This document shows positions 54,243 through 64,000 of a stretch of 64,000 bases of DNA, one piece after another. Numbering within the stretch: the stretch's first letter is position 1; each line of letters starts with the position of its first letter. The position numbers were made by a program, and so were the translations under genes. The DNA comes from an uncultured bacterium (GTDB lineage: Bacteria; Eisenbacteria; RBG-16-71-46; CAIMUX01; WJJG01): contig CAYZWI010000003.1 of the NCBI GenBank assembly GCA_964482205.1, forward strand, positions 8,969 to 72,968. Direction: 5' to 3'. The notes beneath the pieces were generated by a model. It did no database searches, was not told the origin of the DNA, and worked only from the letters and a program-made list of their open reading frames with translations.

Positions 54243-57200
54243 TTCGGAATCTGTCTCAACGCTTCCTTGATCGCTCGCTCGAGTTGCCGGTCGACTCCGC
54301 GCTGCAGATCGTCGGGAAGATTCGCGACCACGATGTCGGGCATGCAGCCGGTGCCTTCCTGGTTCGCGCCGTTCAGCTTCGAGTACCAGCCGCGGCCCGG
54401 CAGGCGGATGCGCGAACCGTCGAGCATCGTCGCCGCGCCGGTCGAGATCACCGCGCCCGCGGTCTGCTGGCCGACGACCGGCCCGCGTCCCAGCGTCCGA
54501 ATGGCCCACGAGAAGATCTCGGCATTCGAGAAGCTGCCCTCGTCGCAGAGGACGACGATGGGCTTGGTCCACGCATACAGCAAGCGCCGTTCTTCCGGGT
54601 AGCCCGGCCCGCCGTCGCGCCCGATCGTGGTCGCGTGATCGCCCGCGAGCAGGCTCGTCAACAGCAGGTCGGCGGTCCATCCGCCGCCGTTGTCGCGCAC
54701 ATCGATGATCAGCGCATCGCGGCCGTGCGCCACCGCGTAGAGATCGCGCTCGTAGCGGTCGAGCGAGGATTCGTCCATGGATCGAATGTGAATGTAGGTG
54801 ACACGGCCGCCGGTCTCCCGCTCCACGAATTCCCGGCGGACCCTGCACTCATCGAGGTACGCGAGCAGGCGGAGATCGCCTCCCTTCACCGGCCGAATCG
54901 TCACTTCGCGGCTCTTGCCGTCGCGCTCCACTTCCAGGCGCGTGCGCTTCTCGGCGGAGCGAGCGAGCAGGCGGAAGATGTCGTCGTCTCTTTCCACCCG
55001 CATGCCGTCGACCGCCAGGATCACATCGCCGGGAAGCAGGCGGCTCGCCACGCGATCGGCGGGCGATTGCGGAATCACATAGCCCACGCGCATGCCGGGC
55101 CCGGCATGGGAAGCGTCGAAGATCACGCCCAACTCGCCCGTCTCGGCCTTCAGCGCGGCGCCGCGCGCATCGGGATCGCCCGGCCCCGCCGACACGCCCA
55201 GGTGCGATGAGTTCAACTCGCCCATCATCATCCGCATCACATCCTGGAAATCGCGATAGGTCGAGGCACCGAGCGCCCAGGGGCGATAGCGCTCACGCAT
55301 CGCCTGCCAGTCGCATCCGTGAAAATGCGGGTCGTAGAACTGCGCACCGAGCGTGCGCCACGCTTCGTCGAAGACCGAGGCCCGCTCGCGGGCGCAATCC
55401 ACGCGCAATTCCGCCGCGTAGTCGTACGATTTCGTCTCGCCACCCGCCAGCGGCACCGACGCGATCTTGCCGCCCTTCTTCAAGAAGAGGAGCTTCTCGC
55501 CCTTCGGGTCCCATTGCACGAAGGAAGGATTCTGGCCGCCCTTGGTGAGGCGCTCGGGCTCGCTGCCGTCCCACTTGATCTTCCAGAGATCGCTCTGGCC
55601 GTCGTTGTCGGCGACGAAGACGAGCTCGGAAGCATCCTTGGAGATCAGCACGCCGTTCTCTTCGCCGGGAAAGGAGGTCAGGCGGTGCAGGCGCTCGTGG
55701 ATGCCGTCGAAGTCGATGCGGACGACGACCTCTTCTTTCTCCTTCTTGCCCTTGTCGCTCCCCGCTTCGTCCTCGCTCTCACCCTTCTTGGCCGCCTCGT
55801 CCTTGCCGGCCTTGGATGCGCCGTCGCCGTCGGAAAGGCGGTCGAGGCGCTCCTCGCGCGAGCGCTCTTCGTCTTCGCGGGTGAGCCAGACATACCAGAT
55901 GTCCGTCTGGTTCAGGAATTGCCTGCGCGACGAGAAGGCGAGCATCTTGCCGTCCGGCGACCAGCAGGGCGAGAGGTCGAGGTCGGGATGGCGGCTGACA
56001 TTGACCGGTTCGCCGCCATCCGCCGAAACGATCCAGATGTCGCTGTTGAAATCGTCGTCCTCTTGCGTGTAGGCGATCCATTTGCCGTCGGGCGACCAGC
56101 AGTAGTCGAGCTCGCGCGGGCCGCTGACGATTGCGCGCGCCTGCGACCCGTCGGCCTGCATCACCATCAGCGTCCCCAGGCCGCGCAAGTAGGCGATCCG
56201 TTTGCCGTCGGGCGAGTAGCGCGGGCGCCATTCGTCGCGCGCATCGCTGGTCAGAGCGGTCGTGCGCAAGCGCGCGGCGCGGGCGAGACGCGGCTCCGAA
56301 TCGTCGTCGGAGACGGCGGTGTACAAGTCGGCGTTCCCCTCGCGATCGGAGACGAACAGCAGCGACTTCGAATCCGCGGCCCAGGCGATCTGGTGATCGC
56401 GCGCCGGAGAGAGCGAGACATCGTACGCGAACGGCTCCTTCTCGCTCGCTTTCATGACGAAGATCTCTCCCCGATAGACGAATGCGATTTGTTTCCCGTC
56501 GGGAGAGAGGCGCATTTCGTTCGCGTCGCCCTTCACCTCGAGCCATTGCACATCGTCGCTCTTGCTGTCGCGCGGAAGTTGAATGCGAAGCCGTTCGGGC
56601 GCCGGGATGCCCGCCGACCAATTCGCTGCGTCTCCGCCCGCCAAGGGAGGCATGCGCACGGCGTAGATGCCGTCCTCGTACTCGAAGGCGGCGAGCCGGC
56701 CGTCGCGAGACAGCGCCGGATAGCGCAGCCGGCCGCGGGAGAGGCGCGTCACCCAAGCCCGCTCGCCGGTGGCGCGCGAAACGATCTTCAGATTCGTGAC
56801 CCCGCCCGCTTCGCTCGCATACAGAAGATGCTCGCCGTCGGGAAACCACGCGGGCGCGCGATTGACCCCGAGTTCGCGCTCGGGACGCGCGAAATCGGGC
56901 GCCTCTTCCTTCCAGTCGGCCCAGAATTGCTCCGGCTTCGCGTCCGGATCGACGGTCACGGAAGCGAGCTCGGTCAGATTCAGGAACCGCGCTCCGGTGC
57001 GCAATGCGGCCACGCCGTGAAGCGCAATCGTGGTCTCCAAATTCTTCGCGTCCGCGCTGAGGGAAGAACCGGGGGCGCCTTGAAGAAGCGCCTGATCGGC
57101 ATCTCGATCGCTCTTGCCTTCCGTCGGCGGACCGAGTGGCGCATTCAATTCGCACAGCCACAAGCGCGGGCGCGCGCTTCCCAGGTAGCCGCGCCGCCAC

Positions 57201-57766
57201 CAGGCAGTGCTCCCTTGCGTGAAGGCGAGCGTGCGCCCATCGGGCGAAAGGGTCGCATCGCCTCCGCCCACGGGAAGAACCGCGCGCTCGGGGCCCCCGC
57301 CCAGCGCGACGCAGTAGATGCCCAGATTGTCGCCGTTCTGCAGGGCGCGCAGGCTGCGGAAGAGGACCGCGCGGCTGTCGGGCGTCCAACCGGTCGGCGT
57401 GTCCGCCTGGCTGTTGTGCGTCAGTTGCCGCACCTCGCCGCCGTCCACCGGCAGCGCGAAGACATCGTCATTGCCCGCGCGATCCGAGGAGAAGGCGATC
57501 CAGCGCCCATCGGGAGACCAGATCGGATTCGCGTCGTAGGCGGTGTGCGCCGTCAAGCGCCGGGCCTCTCCGCCTTCGGAGGGCACGACCCAAATGTCTC
57601 CCTGATATGAAAAGGCGATCGCGCTTCCGTCGGGGCTCGGAGCGGGATGGCGCGGAAAACATACGGCGTCCGCTTCTCCGGCGGCGCCGCTCTGCGAGCG
57701 GGCGATTCCGCCGAGGCCGTTGAGCAGTGCGAGAGTCGCGACCAGCAAGGCAAACCGCAAACGCAT
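54239..57766 (-). CDS. Exported tricorn-like S41 protease (PD40 propellers, PDZ, S41 domain)
   Basis: Signal peptide; repeated SPDG/WSPDG; IDVRDNGGG, SFSNAE, TAGAV; SD GGGAGG before ATG 57766. Confidence 0.94.
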   Translation of the reverse strand: MRLRFALLVATLALLNGLGGIARSQSGAAGEADAVCFPRHPAPSPDGSAIAFSYQGDIWVVPSEGGEARRLTAHTAYDANPIWSPDGRWIAFSSDRAGNDDVFALPVDGGEVRQLTHNSQADTPTGWTPDSRAVLFRSLRALQNGDNLGIYCVALGGGPERAVLPVGGGDATLSPDGRTLAFTQGSTAWWRRGYLGSARPRLWLCELNAPLGPPTEGKSDRDADQALLQGAPGSSLSADAKNLETTIALHGVAALRTGARFLNLTELASVTVDPDAKPEQFWADWKEEAPDFARPERELGVNRAPAWFPDGEHLLYASEAGGVTNLKIVSRATGERAWVTRLSRGRLRYPALSRDGRLAAFEYEDGIYAVRMPPLAGGDAANWSAGIPAPERLRIQLPRDSKSDDVQWLEVKGDANEMRLSPDGKQIAFVYRGEIFVMKASEKEPFAYDVSLSPARDHQIAWAADSKSLLFVSDREGNADLYTAVSDDDSEPRLARAARLRTTALTSDARDEWRPRYSPDGKRIAYLRGLGTLMVMQADGSQARAIVSGPRELDYCWSPDGKWIAYTQEDDDFNSDIWIVSADGGEPVNVSRHPDLDLSPCWSPDGKMLAFSSRRQFLNQTDIWYVWLTREDEERSREERLDRLSDGDGASKAGKDEAAKKGESEDEAGSDKGKKEKEEVVVRIDFDGIHERLHRLTSFPGEENGVLISKDASELVFVADNDGQSDLWKIKWDGSEPERLTKGGQNPSFVQWDPKGEKLLFLKKGGKIASVPLAGGETKSYDYAAELRVDCARERASVFDEAWRTLGAQFYDPHFHGCDWQAMRERYRPWALGASTYRDFQDVMRMMMGELNSSHLGVSAGPGDPDARGAALKAETGELGVIFDASHAGPGMRVGYVIPQSPADRVASRLLPGDVILAVDGMRVERDDDIFRLLARSAEKRTRLEVERDGKSREVTIRPVKGGDLRLLAYLDECRVRREFVERETGGRVTYIHIRSMDESSLDRYERDLYAVAHGRDALIIDVRDNGGGWTADLLLTSLLAGDHATTIGRDGGPGYPEERRLLYAWTKPIVVLCDEGSFSNAEIFSWAIRTLGRGPVVGQQTAGAVISTGAATMLDGSRIRLPGRGWYSKLNGANQEGTGCMPDIVVANLPDDLQRGVDRQLERAIKEALRQIPK

Positions 57767-57804
57767 GACGCCTCCCATGATCGTCTGATGGGCCAGGAAA
57801 TCCC

Positions 57805-57860
57805 TTGAAGGAATACGCCGTCGAGGAAGGAATCGCAACCGTTGAGGAAGGAAGAGTCCG
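57805..57860. repeat. Three degenerate 16-21 bp direct repeats (core GAAGGAA) upstream of the S41 gene
   Basis: ttgaaggaatacgccg / tcgaggaaggaatcgcaaccg / ttgaggaaggaagagtccg. Confidence 0.6.
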
Positions 57861-57995
57861 TCAGGCAACCATCCGTAAGCGCGCATGCGACCCAGACCAT
57901 GCGTTTGCGCGGAGGCGCCGCAAACCGCCCGCATGCGCGCATAGGCCGCAGACGATCCGCAGGCGGGCATGCGCCGCCGGCATCGTCTCAGCGCC

Positions 57996-60900
57996 TCACG
58001 CGCGCGTCAGGCATTCGAGGGCCTGCGCCGCCACCAGCAGCATCTCCCCGCGCACTTCCTTCGCCGCCACTTCCACCCGATGGCGCCCGTGGGTGACGAA
58101 GGCGACCGGCACCGGCATCTGCCCGATCAGGCATTGCACATCCTTGCGGGTGAGCGCGCGGGTCATGTCGAGGCGCACGCCGCCGTCGCGCAGGGTGAGC
58201 GTCTCGACGCCCGCCTTGGTCGCGCGAATGCGCAGGCGCCGCAGCTCGAAAAGACTCTCCGCGGGAGCGGGCATGCGCCCGAAACGGTCGCTCAACTCGG
58301 CGGCCAGCTCGTCGACTTTCTCCACGCTCTCCGCGTCGGCCAGGCTCTTGTACAAGTTCATCTTCTCGGCATCGACGGAGATGTAGTCGCCCGGCAGGAA
58401 GGCTTGCAGATCGGTGACCACCCGCGCCTGCAGGACCTCCGGCGCCGGCAGCCCCTTGATCTCCTGCATCGCCTCGTTCAGCAGCCGCATATACAAATCG
58501 AATCCGACATTCAGCACGAAGCCATGCTGCTCGGAGCCGAAGACATTGCCCGAGCCCCGGATCTCGAGATCGCGCATCGCGAGTTGGAAGCCGCTGCCCA
58601 GGTCCTCGAACTCCTCGATCGCCTTCAAGCGCTTCATGGCCTCCTCGGTGATCACCTTGTGGGGAGGCACGAGCAGGTAGGCGTAGGCCTTGCGCGCCGA
58701 ACGGCCCACGCGCCCGCGCAGCTGATAGAGCTGCGCCAGGCCGAAGGTGTCGGTGCGGTTGACGAGGATCGTGTTGACATTGGGCATGTCGAGACCCGAC
58801 TCGATGATCATCGTCGAGACGAGCACATCGTACTCGCGGTTCAGGAAGTTGCGCATGACCGTCTCGAGCTGGGTCTCGCGCATCTGCCCGTGGCCCACCG
58901 CCACCCGCAGGTGCGGCACCAGCGAGCGCACATAGTTGGCCATCGCGTCGATCGATTCCACGCGGTTGTGCACGAAGAAGCTCTGCCCGCCGCGATCGGC
59001 CTCGCGCATCAGGGCATAGCGGATGACCTCGTCGGCGAACTCGACGATCTCGGTCTGGATCGGACGGCGGTCGCGCGGCGGCGTGTGGATCGCGCTCATG
59101 TCGCGCGCGCCCATCAGGGCGAGGTTCATCGTGCGCGGAATGGGCGTGGCCGTCATCGTGAGCACATCCACCTGCGTGCGCAGGTGCTTCAAGCGCTCCT
59201 TGTGCGCCACCCCGAAGCGCTGCTCCTCGTCCACGATCACGAGCCCCAGGTCGTGGAAGCGCACATCCTTCTGGATCAGCCGGTGCGTGCCGACCACGAT
59301 GTCCACCTTGCCGGCCGCGAGATCGCGCACGACCGCCGCGTTCTCCTTCGTCGAGCGGAAGCGGCTGAGCATCTCGATGCTCGCGGGAAATCCGCGCAGC
59401 CGCTCGGTGAAGGTGTCGTAGTGCTGTTGCGCGAGCAGCGTCGTGGGCACGAGAACGGCGACCTGCTTGCCTTCCATCACCGCCTTGAAGGCCGCGCGGA
59501 TCGCGACCTCGGTCTTGCCGTAGCCCACATCGCCGCAAATCAGCCGGTCCATCGGAGCGGGCCGCTCCATGTCGGCCTTCACTTCCTGAATGGCCTTCAA
59601 CTGATCGGGCGTCTCGTCGAAGGGAAAGCGCGCCTCCATCTCCGCCTGCCACACGGTGTCGGCCGCGAAGGCGTGTCCCGGATGCGCCTTGCGGAGCGAG
59701 TAGAGGCGCAGCAACTCGCTCGCCATCTCCTTGATCGATTTCTTCACCCGCGCCTTGGTCTTGGCCCATTGGTTGGTGCCCAAGCGCGAGAGCGCGGGCC
59801 GGTGCCCTTCCTCGGCCGAGTACTTCTGCACCAGCGCGAGCTGATCGACGGGAATGAAGAGCTTGTCGCCGCCCGCGTATTCGATCTTCATGCAATCGGT
59901 GAGCTGCCCGTTCACCGGCAAGCGCTCGATGCCGCGATAGACGCCGATCCCGTGATCGATGTGGACCACGAAATCGCCCGGGCGCATCGCGAGCAGCTCC
60001 TTCAGCGAGATGCCCCGGCTGTAGCGCCGTCCCGCGCGACGGCGGCGCAGGCGCTCGAAGATTTCGTGATCGGTGAGGACCGCGAGGCGGATTTCGGAAG
60101 CGGCAAAGCCCGCGGCGAGATTCCCCACCAGGAACTGCGCGGGCACATCCTCCATCAATTCCGCGAGACGGTCGCGATGGTTGATCGTGTCGCACAGCAC
60201 GCGGATCTCGTAGCCCTGGCCGCGCAAGCGTTCGATGTAGGCGCGAACCAGCGAGAGATTGCGTCCGAAGCGTTCCTGCGGACGGGTGGCGAAAGGGAAA
60301 TAGCGCGTCGCGTACGGCAGCATCGCCGCCGTCTCGCGATCTTCGCCCCAGGAAGAGAACGCCATCGCCTCTGCGCCGGCGTGCGCCTCCTCCGCCTCGG
60401 CGCCGGGCATGGCGTCCGAGGGCCCGGCGCCATCTTGCGTGTGGGCATCGTCCGGGAGCCCGGCGGCGGCATGCGCATCATCCGAGAGCTCGGCGCCGGT
60501 GGGCGCATGCGCATCATCCAATGGCTCAGTACCGGCGTGCGCCTCCTCCGCCTCCGCGCCGCTTCGCGCCTTCGTTGCCCGCGTTTTCGCGCGTGCGCGC
60601 TTCGCTTTCTTCTTCACCTCGGGACGCGCGCTGCGCTTGAGCACCTGGCTCCACGAATCCGCCTCCCCTCTCGCGGAATCGATCTCGAGCGGGTCGGGCG
60701 GACGCAGCTGCTCGCCCGCGGTCCAACCGCGATTGGGCGGCGTCGCCTCGCGCGGTCCCGGATCGACCGCGGAAGAGCGCGCGCCGACGCCCGAGAAGAT
60801 GGCCGGATGGGAAGCGAGCAGATCGGAGAGCCCGCCCCGCATGAGAAAGAGCTCATCGGGCGTGGAATAGAGCGCTTTCAACATGCCCGTTTCGCATTCG

Positions 60901-62021
60901 TCGCGCGCGCGGCCCGGCTCGCGGCCGCCCTCGGCCGCCGCCTCGCGCACGCGTTCGCGCGCCTCGCGCAACAGCCGATCGATGTAGAGCGGATCGTCCA
61001 CCATCACCGGACGTCCCGCGCCCACATAGTCGAGCAGCGTGCCGCGCTCGATGCCGAAGCCCGCCATCATCCACTCGATGCCCTCGAAGCTGCCTTCGCT
61101 GCGCAGCATCATCAGATGCTCGTGCTGCGGGCCGGCCGGCGGAATGAAGCCGGAAGCGAGGGCGCGTTCCCAATCGCTCTCCTCGATGACGACCTCCCAC
61201 AGCGGAAGAATCGTGAAGCTCGAGAGGACCGCTTGCGATCGCTGGGTGAAGACATCGAACTCGCGCATCGAGACGATCTCGTCGTCGTCGAACTCGAGCC
61301 GCACGGGATTCAAGCGCCCGAAGCTGTAGACATCGACGATGCCTCCGCGGCGGCTGAAGTCGCCGTACTCGCCCACGATCGATTCCGGGTGATAGCCGAG
61401 CCGGGCGAGGAACGCGGCCAGCGCTTCGGGCTCGATCCGCTCTCCCACTCGCACGGTGCGCAGAAAGCGGGACAGGTGGAGCGGATGGGGAATGCGCTGG
61501 AAGAGCGCGCCGGGCGTGGTGAGCACGACCCAGGGCGTGCGGCCCTCGGCATGTTCGTCGAGCAAACGCGAGAGCGTCTCCAAGCGATCGGCCCGCTCGC
61601 GCGCGCGCGGAATCTGCAGGTCATACGGCTCGACTCCCGATTCCGGAAAGTGCACCACGCGATCGGGGCCGAGGAGAAAGAGGAAATCCTCGCGCGCTTC
61701 GTCGAGGGTGGAGGCGTCGGACGCGAGAAAGACGAGCGGCGCGCGCCCTTGTTCCGCCATGCGGCGCGCAATCGTGGCGGCGACGACCGTGGATGCAGAC
61801 CCGTGCAAACCGATGAGCCCGAGATGCAATCCTCGCGCGCGCGCATCAGCGGTCACAGGCTGCACCGCCTGGGCGGCCTGCGCCGCCCGCGCCGCTTGCG
61901 CCGGGTCCGCATTCGAGGGCGCAGTTGCCCCCAACGCGGCGAGGATGGCTTGCACCCCTTCCGCACGCTCGATCGCGTCCATCAACGCGACTTCGACCGG
62001 TTTTGGCTCTTCGCGTCTCAT
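57996..62021 (-). CDS. mfd: Transcription-repair coupling factor Mfd with a large low-complexity insert
   Basis: RRGGIVDVYS, GDFVVHIDHGIG, CGDVGYGKTEVA, DEEQRFG, TATPIPRT, QLRGRVGRS, RDLEIRG; start ATG 62021 uncertain. Confidence 0.98.
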   Translation of the reverse strand: MRREEPKPVEVALMDAIERAEGVQAILAALGATAPSNADPAQAARAAQAAQAVQPVTADARARGLHLGLIGLHGSASTVVAATIARRMAEQGRAPLVFLASDASTLDEAREDFLFLLGPDRVVHFPESGVEPYDLQIPRARERADRLETLSRLLDEHAEGRTPWVVLTTPGALFQRIPHPLHLSRFLRTVRVGERIEPEALAAFLARLGYHPESIVGEYGDFSRRGGIVDVYSFGRLNPVRLEFDDDEIVSMREFDVFTQRSQAVLSSFTILPLWEVVIEESDWERALASGFIPPAGPQHEHLMMLRSEGSFEGIEWMMAGFGIERGTLLDYVGAGRPVMVDDPLYIDRLLREARERVREAAAEGGREPGRARDECETGMLKALYSTPDELFLMRGGLSDLLASHPAIFSGVGARSSAVDPGPREATPPNRGWTAGEQLRPPDPLEIDSARGEADSWSQVLKRSARPEVKKKAKRARAKTRATKARSGAEAEEAHAGTEPLDDAHAPTGAELSDDAHAAAGLPDDAHTQDGAGPSDAMPGAEAEEAHAGAEAMAFSSWGEDRETAAMLPYATRYFPFATRPQERFGRNLSLVRAYIERLRGQGYEIRVLCDTINHRDRLAELMEDVPAQFLVGNLAAGFAASEIRLAVLTDHEIFERLRRRRAGRRYSRGISLKELLAMRPGDFVVHIDHGIGVYRGIERLPVNGQLTDCMKIEYAGGDKLFIPVDQLALVQKYSAEEGHRPALSRLGTNQWAKTKARVKKSIKEMASELLRLYSLRKAHPGHAFAADTVWQAEMEARFPFDETPDQLKAIQEVKADMERPAPMDRLICGDVGYGKTEVAIRAAFKAVMEGKQVAVLVPTTLLAQQHYDTFTERLRGFPASIEMLSRFRSTKENAAVVRDLAAGKVDIVVGTHRLIQKDVRFHDLGLVIVDEEQRFGVAHKERLKHLRTQVDVLTMTATPIPRTMNLALMGARDMSAIHTPPRDRRPIQTEIVEFADEVIRYALMREADRGGQSFFVHNRVESIDAMANYVRSLVPHLRVAVGHGQMRETQLETVMRNFLNREYDVLVSTMIIESGLDMPNVNTILVNRTDTFGLAQLYQLRGRVGRSARKAYAYLLVPPHKVITEEAMKRLKAIEEFEDLGSGFQLAMRDLEIRGSGNVFGSEQHGFVLNVGFDLYMRLLNEAMQEIKGLPAPEVLQARVVTDLQAFLPGDYISVDAEKMNLYKSLADAESVEKVDELAAELSDRFGRMPAPAESLFELRRLRIRATKAGVETLTLRDGGVRLDMTRALTRKDVQCLIGQMPVPVAFVTHGRHRVEVAAKEVRGEMLLVAAQALECLTRA

Positions 62022-62153
62022 GACATCGTGTCGCAATCCGTCAACCGGATCTCCGCCTCGAACGGAAACGGCGGACGAACCATCATGTCGGATCGCGAAG
62101 CGGGAATCCAGAGCGGACTGGGTGGAATCGAGCTCGAATGGAGAGCAGCCCCG

Positions 62154-64000
62154 CTACGAAACTCCGCGGCCGCGCGCAATCAGGCTCTCTGCGAGCAGCG
62201 CGGCGAAGGCGAGCGCGAGGCAGAGGCGCCACAACTCCCGCCCGTGCCGCGTCTCGAGAATCTGGCGGCCGATCTCTTCGTCGCGCGACAGCGTGATGGC
62301 GTCATCCCCGAAGAGCAGGCGCATCTGCTCGGGCGTCATCGGACGCAGATCGGATTCGCGCACATCCACATTCACGGCGGCGACCGGCTCGGCGGGCCCT
62401 CCGCGCGGCGATCGTTCTGAAACGACGCGATAGAATCCCGGCTCCGGCGCGGGATCGGAGACGAGCGCGGCGCCGCGATCGGTCCTCGCGATGCGCACCG
62501 GAATCTCCAATCCGCCCGGCCCCACGCATCGCAACAGCTCCTCGCCCCCTTCGCGCGGCAGGGGCCAGGAGAGCGGCTCTCCCACGAGCGGCTCGCGCGT
62601 TTGCGCGCGTCCTCCGAGCACGAGATGCAGGAGCGCCCGATGGAGGAAGGGCAAGTACGAGGCGCTGGTCGGAAAATCGCTCCAATCCATATCGAGCGAG
62701 GAAGCGAAGAGCAGCACGCCCGGTTCTTCGAGCAGCGCCGGCAGCGAAGACGAGAATTCCGCGAGCGTCTGCGTCTGGGCGCCGGGACGCACTTCGATCA
62801 CGCGGCGGAAGCGCGCTCCGGTCAGCGCGCCGCCGGGCGCGATCGGAAAGCCGGAGAAGAGCGCCTGCCCGACCGCGGAGGGACGCAGCGTGAAGCGTCC
62901 TTCGCTTTCCGCTTCCCCGAGCACATTCCCCACCCGCGCGCCGGTGAGGGAGGGCAGGATCTGGCTGTTGTACAGGCGCGCATCGACGCGATCGCCGAGC
63001 GCAATCAGAAGGCCGCCCCCCTCGCGATGGAAGCGCTCCAGGCGTTCGACCGCGGTCGCGCTCAAGCGCCCGACATTCAAGAGGACGACCGCATCCACCT
63101 GAAAGTCATTTTCGAGCCCGAGATTCTCTTCGGCCACCGTGCGCACATCGAACAAGCGCGCGACGGCTTGCCCCGGCTCGCTCGCGGACGGCTCGCCCGC
63201 GCTCGCATCTCCCGGGCGTGCCTCGCCGGCACCGGGAACTTGTCCTTGCCAAGGATCGAGCGCGAGCAGCGCGAAGCGCGTCTCTTCGCGGATGTCGTCG
63301 CGCTCAGGGGGACCGCCCGTGACGACGAGCACGCGAAAGCGGCTCGTCGCGTGCGTGAACACGAAGCGCGAGTTGTCGCGATCGAGCAGATCCGCATTGC
63401 TCTGCACTTCGAGCAGCCCTTGGTCGGGCTCGACCGGCAGGGTGAGCACCGCCGCAGCGGCCCCGCCGGGCTCGACCGTGACGACGCCTTCGCCGAGCAG
63501 CGCGCGCGCGCCGCTTCCGCCGAGCGCCTGCACGGTCACTTCCGCGCGATCGCGCTCGTCGAAGTTGCGCACCTGCGCGGTCAAGCGCCCGCCGCGCCCG
63601 CCTGGATCGCTCTCGAAGAGCGCGCCGACGATGGCCGCATTCTGCGAGGCCTCGTTCGAGACGGGCAGGAGATAGAGGCGCGTGTCGGGCGGCAGCGCGA
63701 GCAGCGCCCGGCCCTCCTTCATCGTGCCATCGGCGATGACCCCACCGAGCGCGCTGTCGGGCTCCCCGCCCTCGCGGTGCCCGCCGCTTCCGCTGCCTGC
63801 TTGCGTTTGCGCGCCGCCGGCCTGCGTTTGCGCGCCCAGATTGCGGAGCAGGTCCTCCGCCTGGTTGCGCTGAAAATCGGAGATGATCACGATCTCGCGA
63901 TTGAGCGTGCGCGAAGCGGCGAGCAGCGGATAGACGCGCTCCAGCGCGGCGGAAAAATCGGCGCGCCCGGCGCGTGGCTTCGCGCGCTCCACTTCCTCGA
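62154..64000 (-). CDS. BatA/VWA-domain membrane protein (5' part outside the window)
   Basis: REIVIISDFQ (VWA end), class-I-GATase-like DAVVLLNV...GGGLLIALG, FPTSASYLPFL, C-terminal ELWRLCLALAFAALLAES helix. Confidence 0.78.
   Translation of the reverse strand, partial: EEVERAKPRAGRADFSAALERVYPLLAASRTLNREIVIISDFQRNQAEDLLRNLGAQTQAGGAQTQAGSGSGGHREGGEPDSALGGVIADGTMKEGRALLALPPDTRLYLLPVSNEASQNAAIVGALFESDPGGRGGRLTAQVRNFDERDRAEVTVQALGGSGARALLGEGVVTVEPGGAAAAVLTLPVEPDQGLLEVQSNADLLDRDNSRFVFTHATSRFRVLVVTGGPPERDDIREETRFALLALDPWQGQVPGAGEARPGDASAGEPSASEPGQAVARLFDVRTVAEENLGLENDFQVDAVVLLNVGRLSATAVERLERFHREGGGLLIALGDRVDARLYNSQILPSLTGARVGNVLGEAESEGRFTLRPSAVGQALFSGFPIAPGGALTGARFRRVIEVRPGAQTQTLAEFSSSLPALLEEPGVLLFASSLDMDWSDFPTSASYLPFLHRALLHLVLGGRAQTREPLVGEPLSWPLPREGGEELLRCVGPGGLEIPVRIARTDRGAALVSDPAPEPGFYRVVSERSPRGGPAEPVAAVNVDVRESDLRPMTPEQMRLLFGDDAITLSRDEEIGRQILETRHGRELWRLCLALAFAALLAESLIARGRGVS
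63795..63836 (-). repeat. In-frame 21-bp tandem duplication (GAQTQAG x2)
   Basis: gcctgcttgcgtttgcgcgcc / gccggcctgcgtttgcgcgcc on the plus strand. Confidence 0.8.

Noticed and set aside
57969-62420. 1483 aa plus-strand ORF (likewise 55319-57610, 48840-50291, 45296-46897)
   Set aside because: Antisense shadows of mfd, S41, M14 and dnaB.

Overview
High-GC bacterial chromosomal window, mostly housekeeping. I found no CRISPR array, transposase, integrase, prophage or rRNA. The first 15 kb (minus strand) is the core transcription/translation cluster: tRNA-Thr(UGU)-Tyr-Gly-Thr(GGU)-tuf-rpmG-secE-nusG-rplK-rplA-rplJ-rplL-rpoB-rpoC-rpsL-rpsG (truncated). The rest holds ddl, a polyferredoxin, several peptidases (S9, clan CD/C13-like with a T9SS/FlgD-type tail, M29, M14, tricorn-like S41), Hsp33, a coupled GT-C/GT4/secreted-protein operon, radA-ispD-ispF, purN, MgtC, yicC-gmk-rpoZ-coaBC-udg-dnaB, a creatininase, a Wzi-like protein, mfd and a truncated BatA/VWA-type gene. 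The gene mix points to an FCB-related lineage, possibly Ca. Eisenbacteria; this is inference and was not searched. The most notable observations are: long acidic low-complexity extensions on beta-prime, omega, NusG and Mfd; a tuf gene with sharply different G/T-ending codon usage; compositional islands around strong promoters that cut through coding sequence; three tRNAs ending in N73-CAG; short-period direct-repeat arrays just upstream of several genes; an uncharacterised HPPD/VOC-like His-His-Glu protein; and a possible surface-glycosylation operon. No complete novel system can be proven from the sequence alone. All counts were read by eye, and family calls rest on motif recognition, not database searches.
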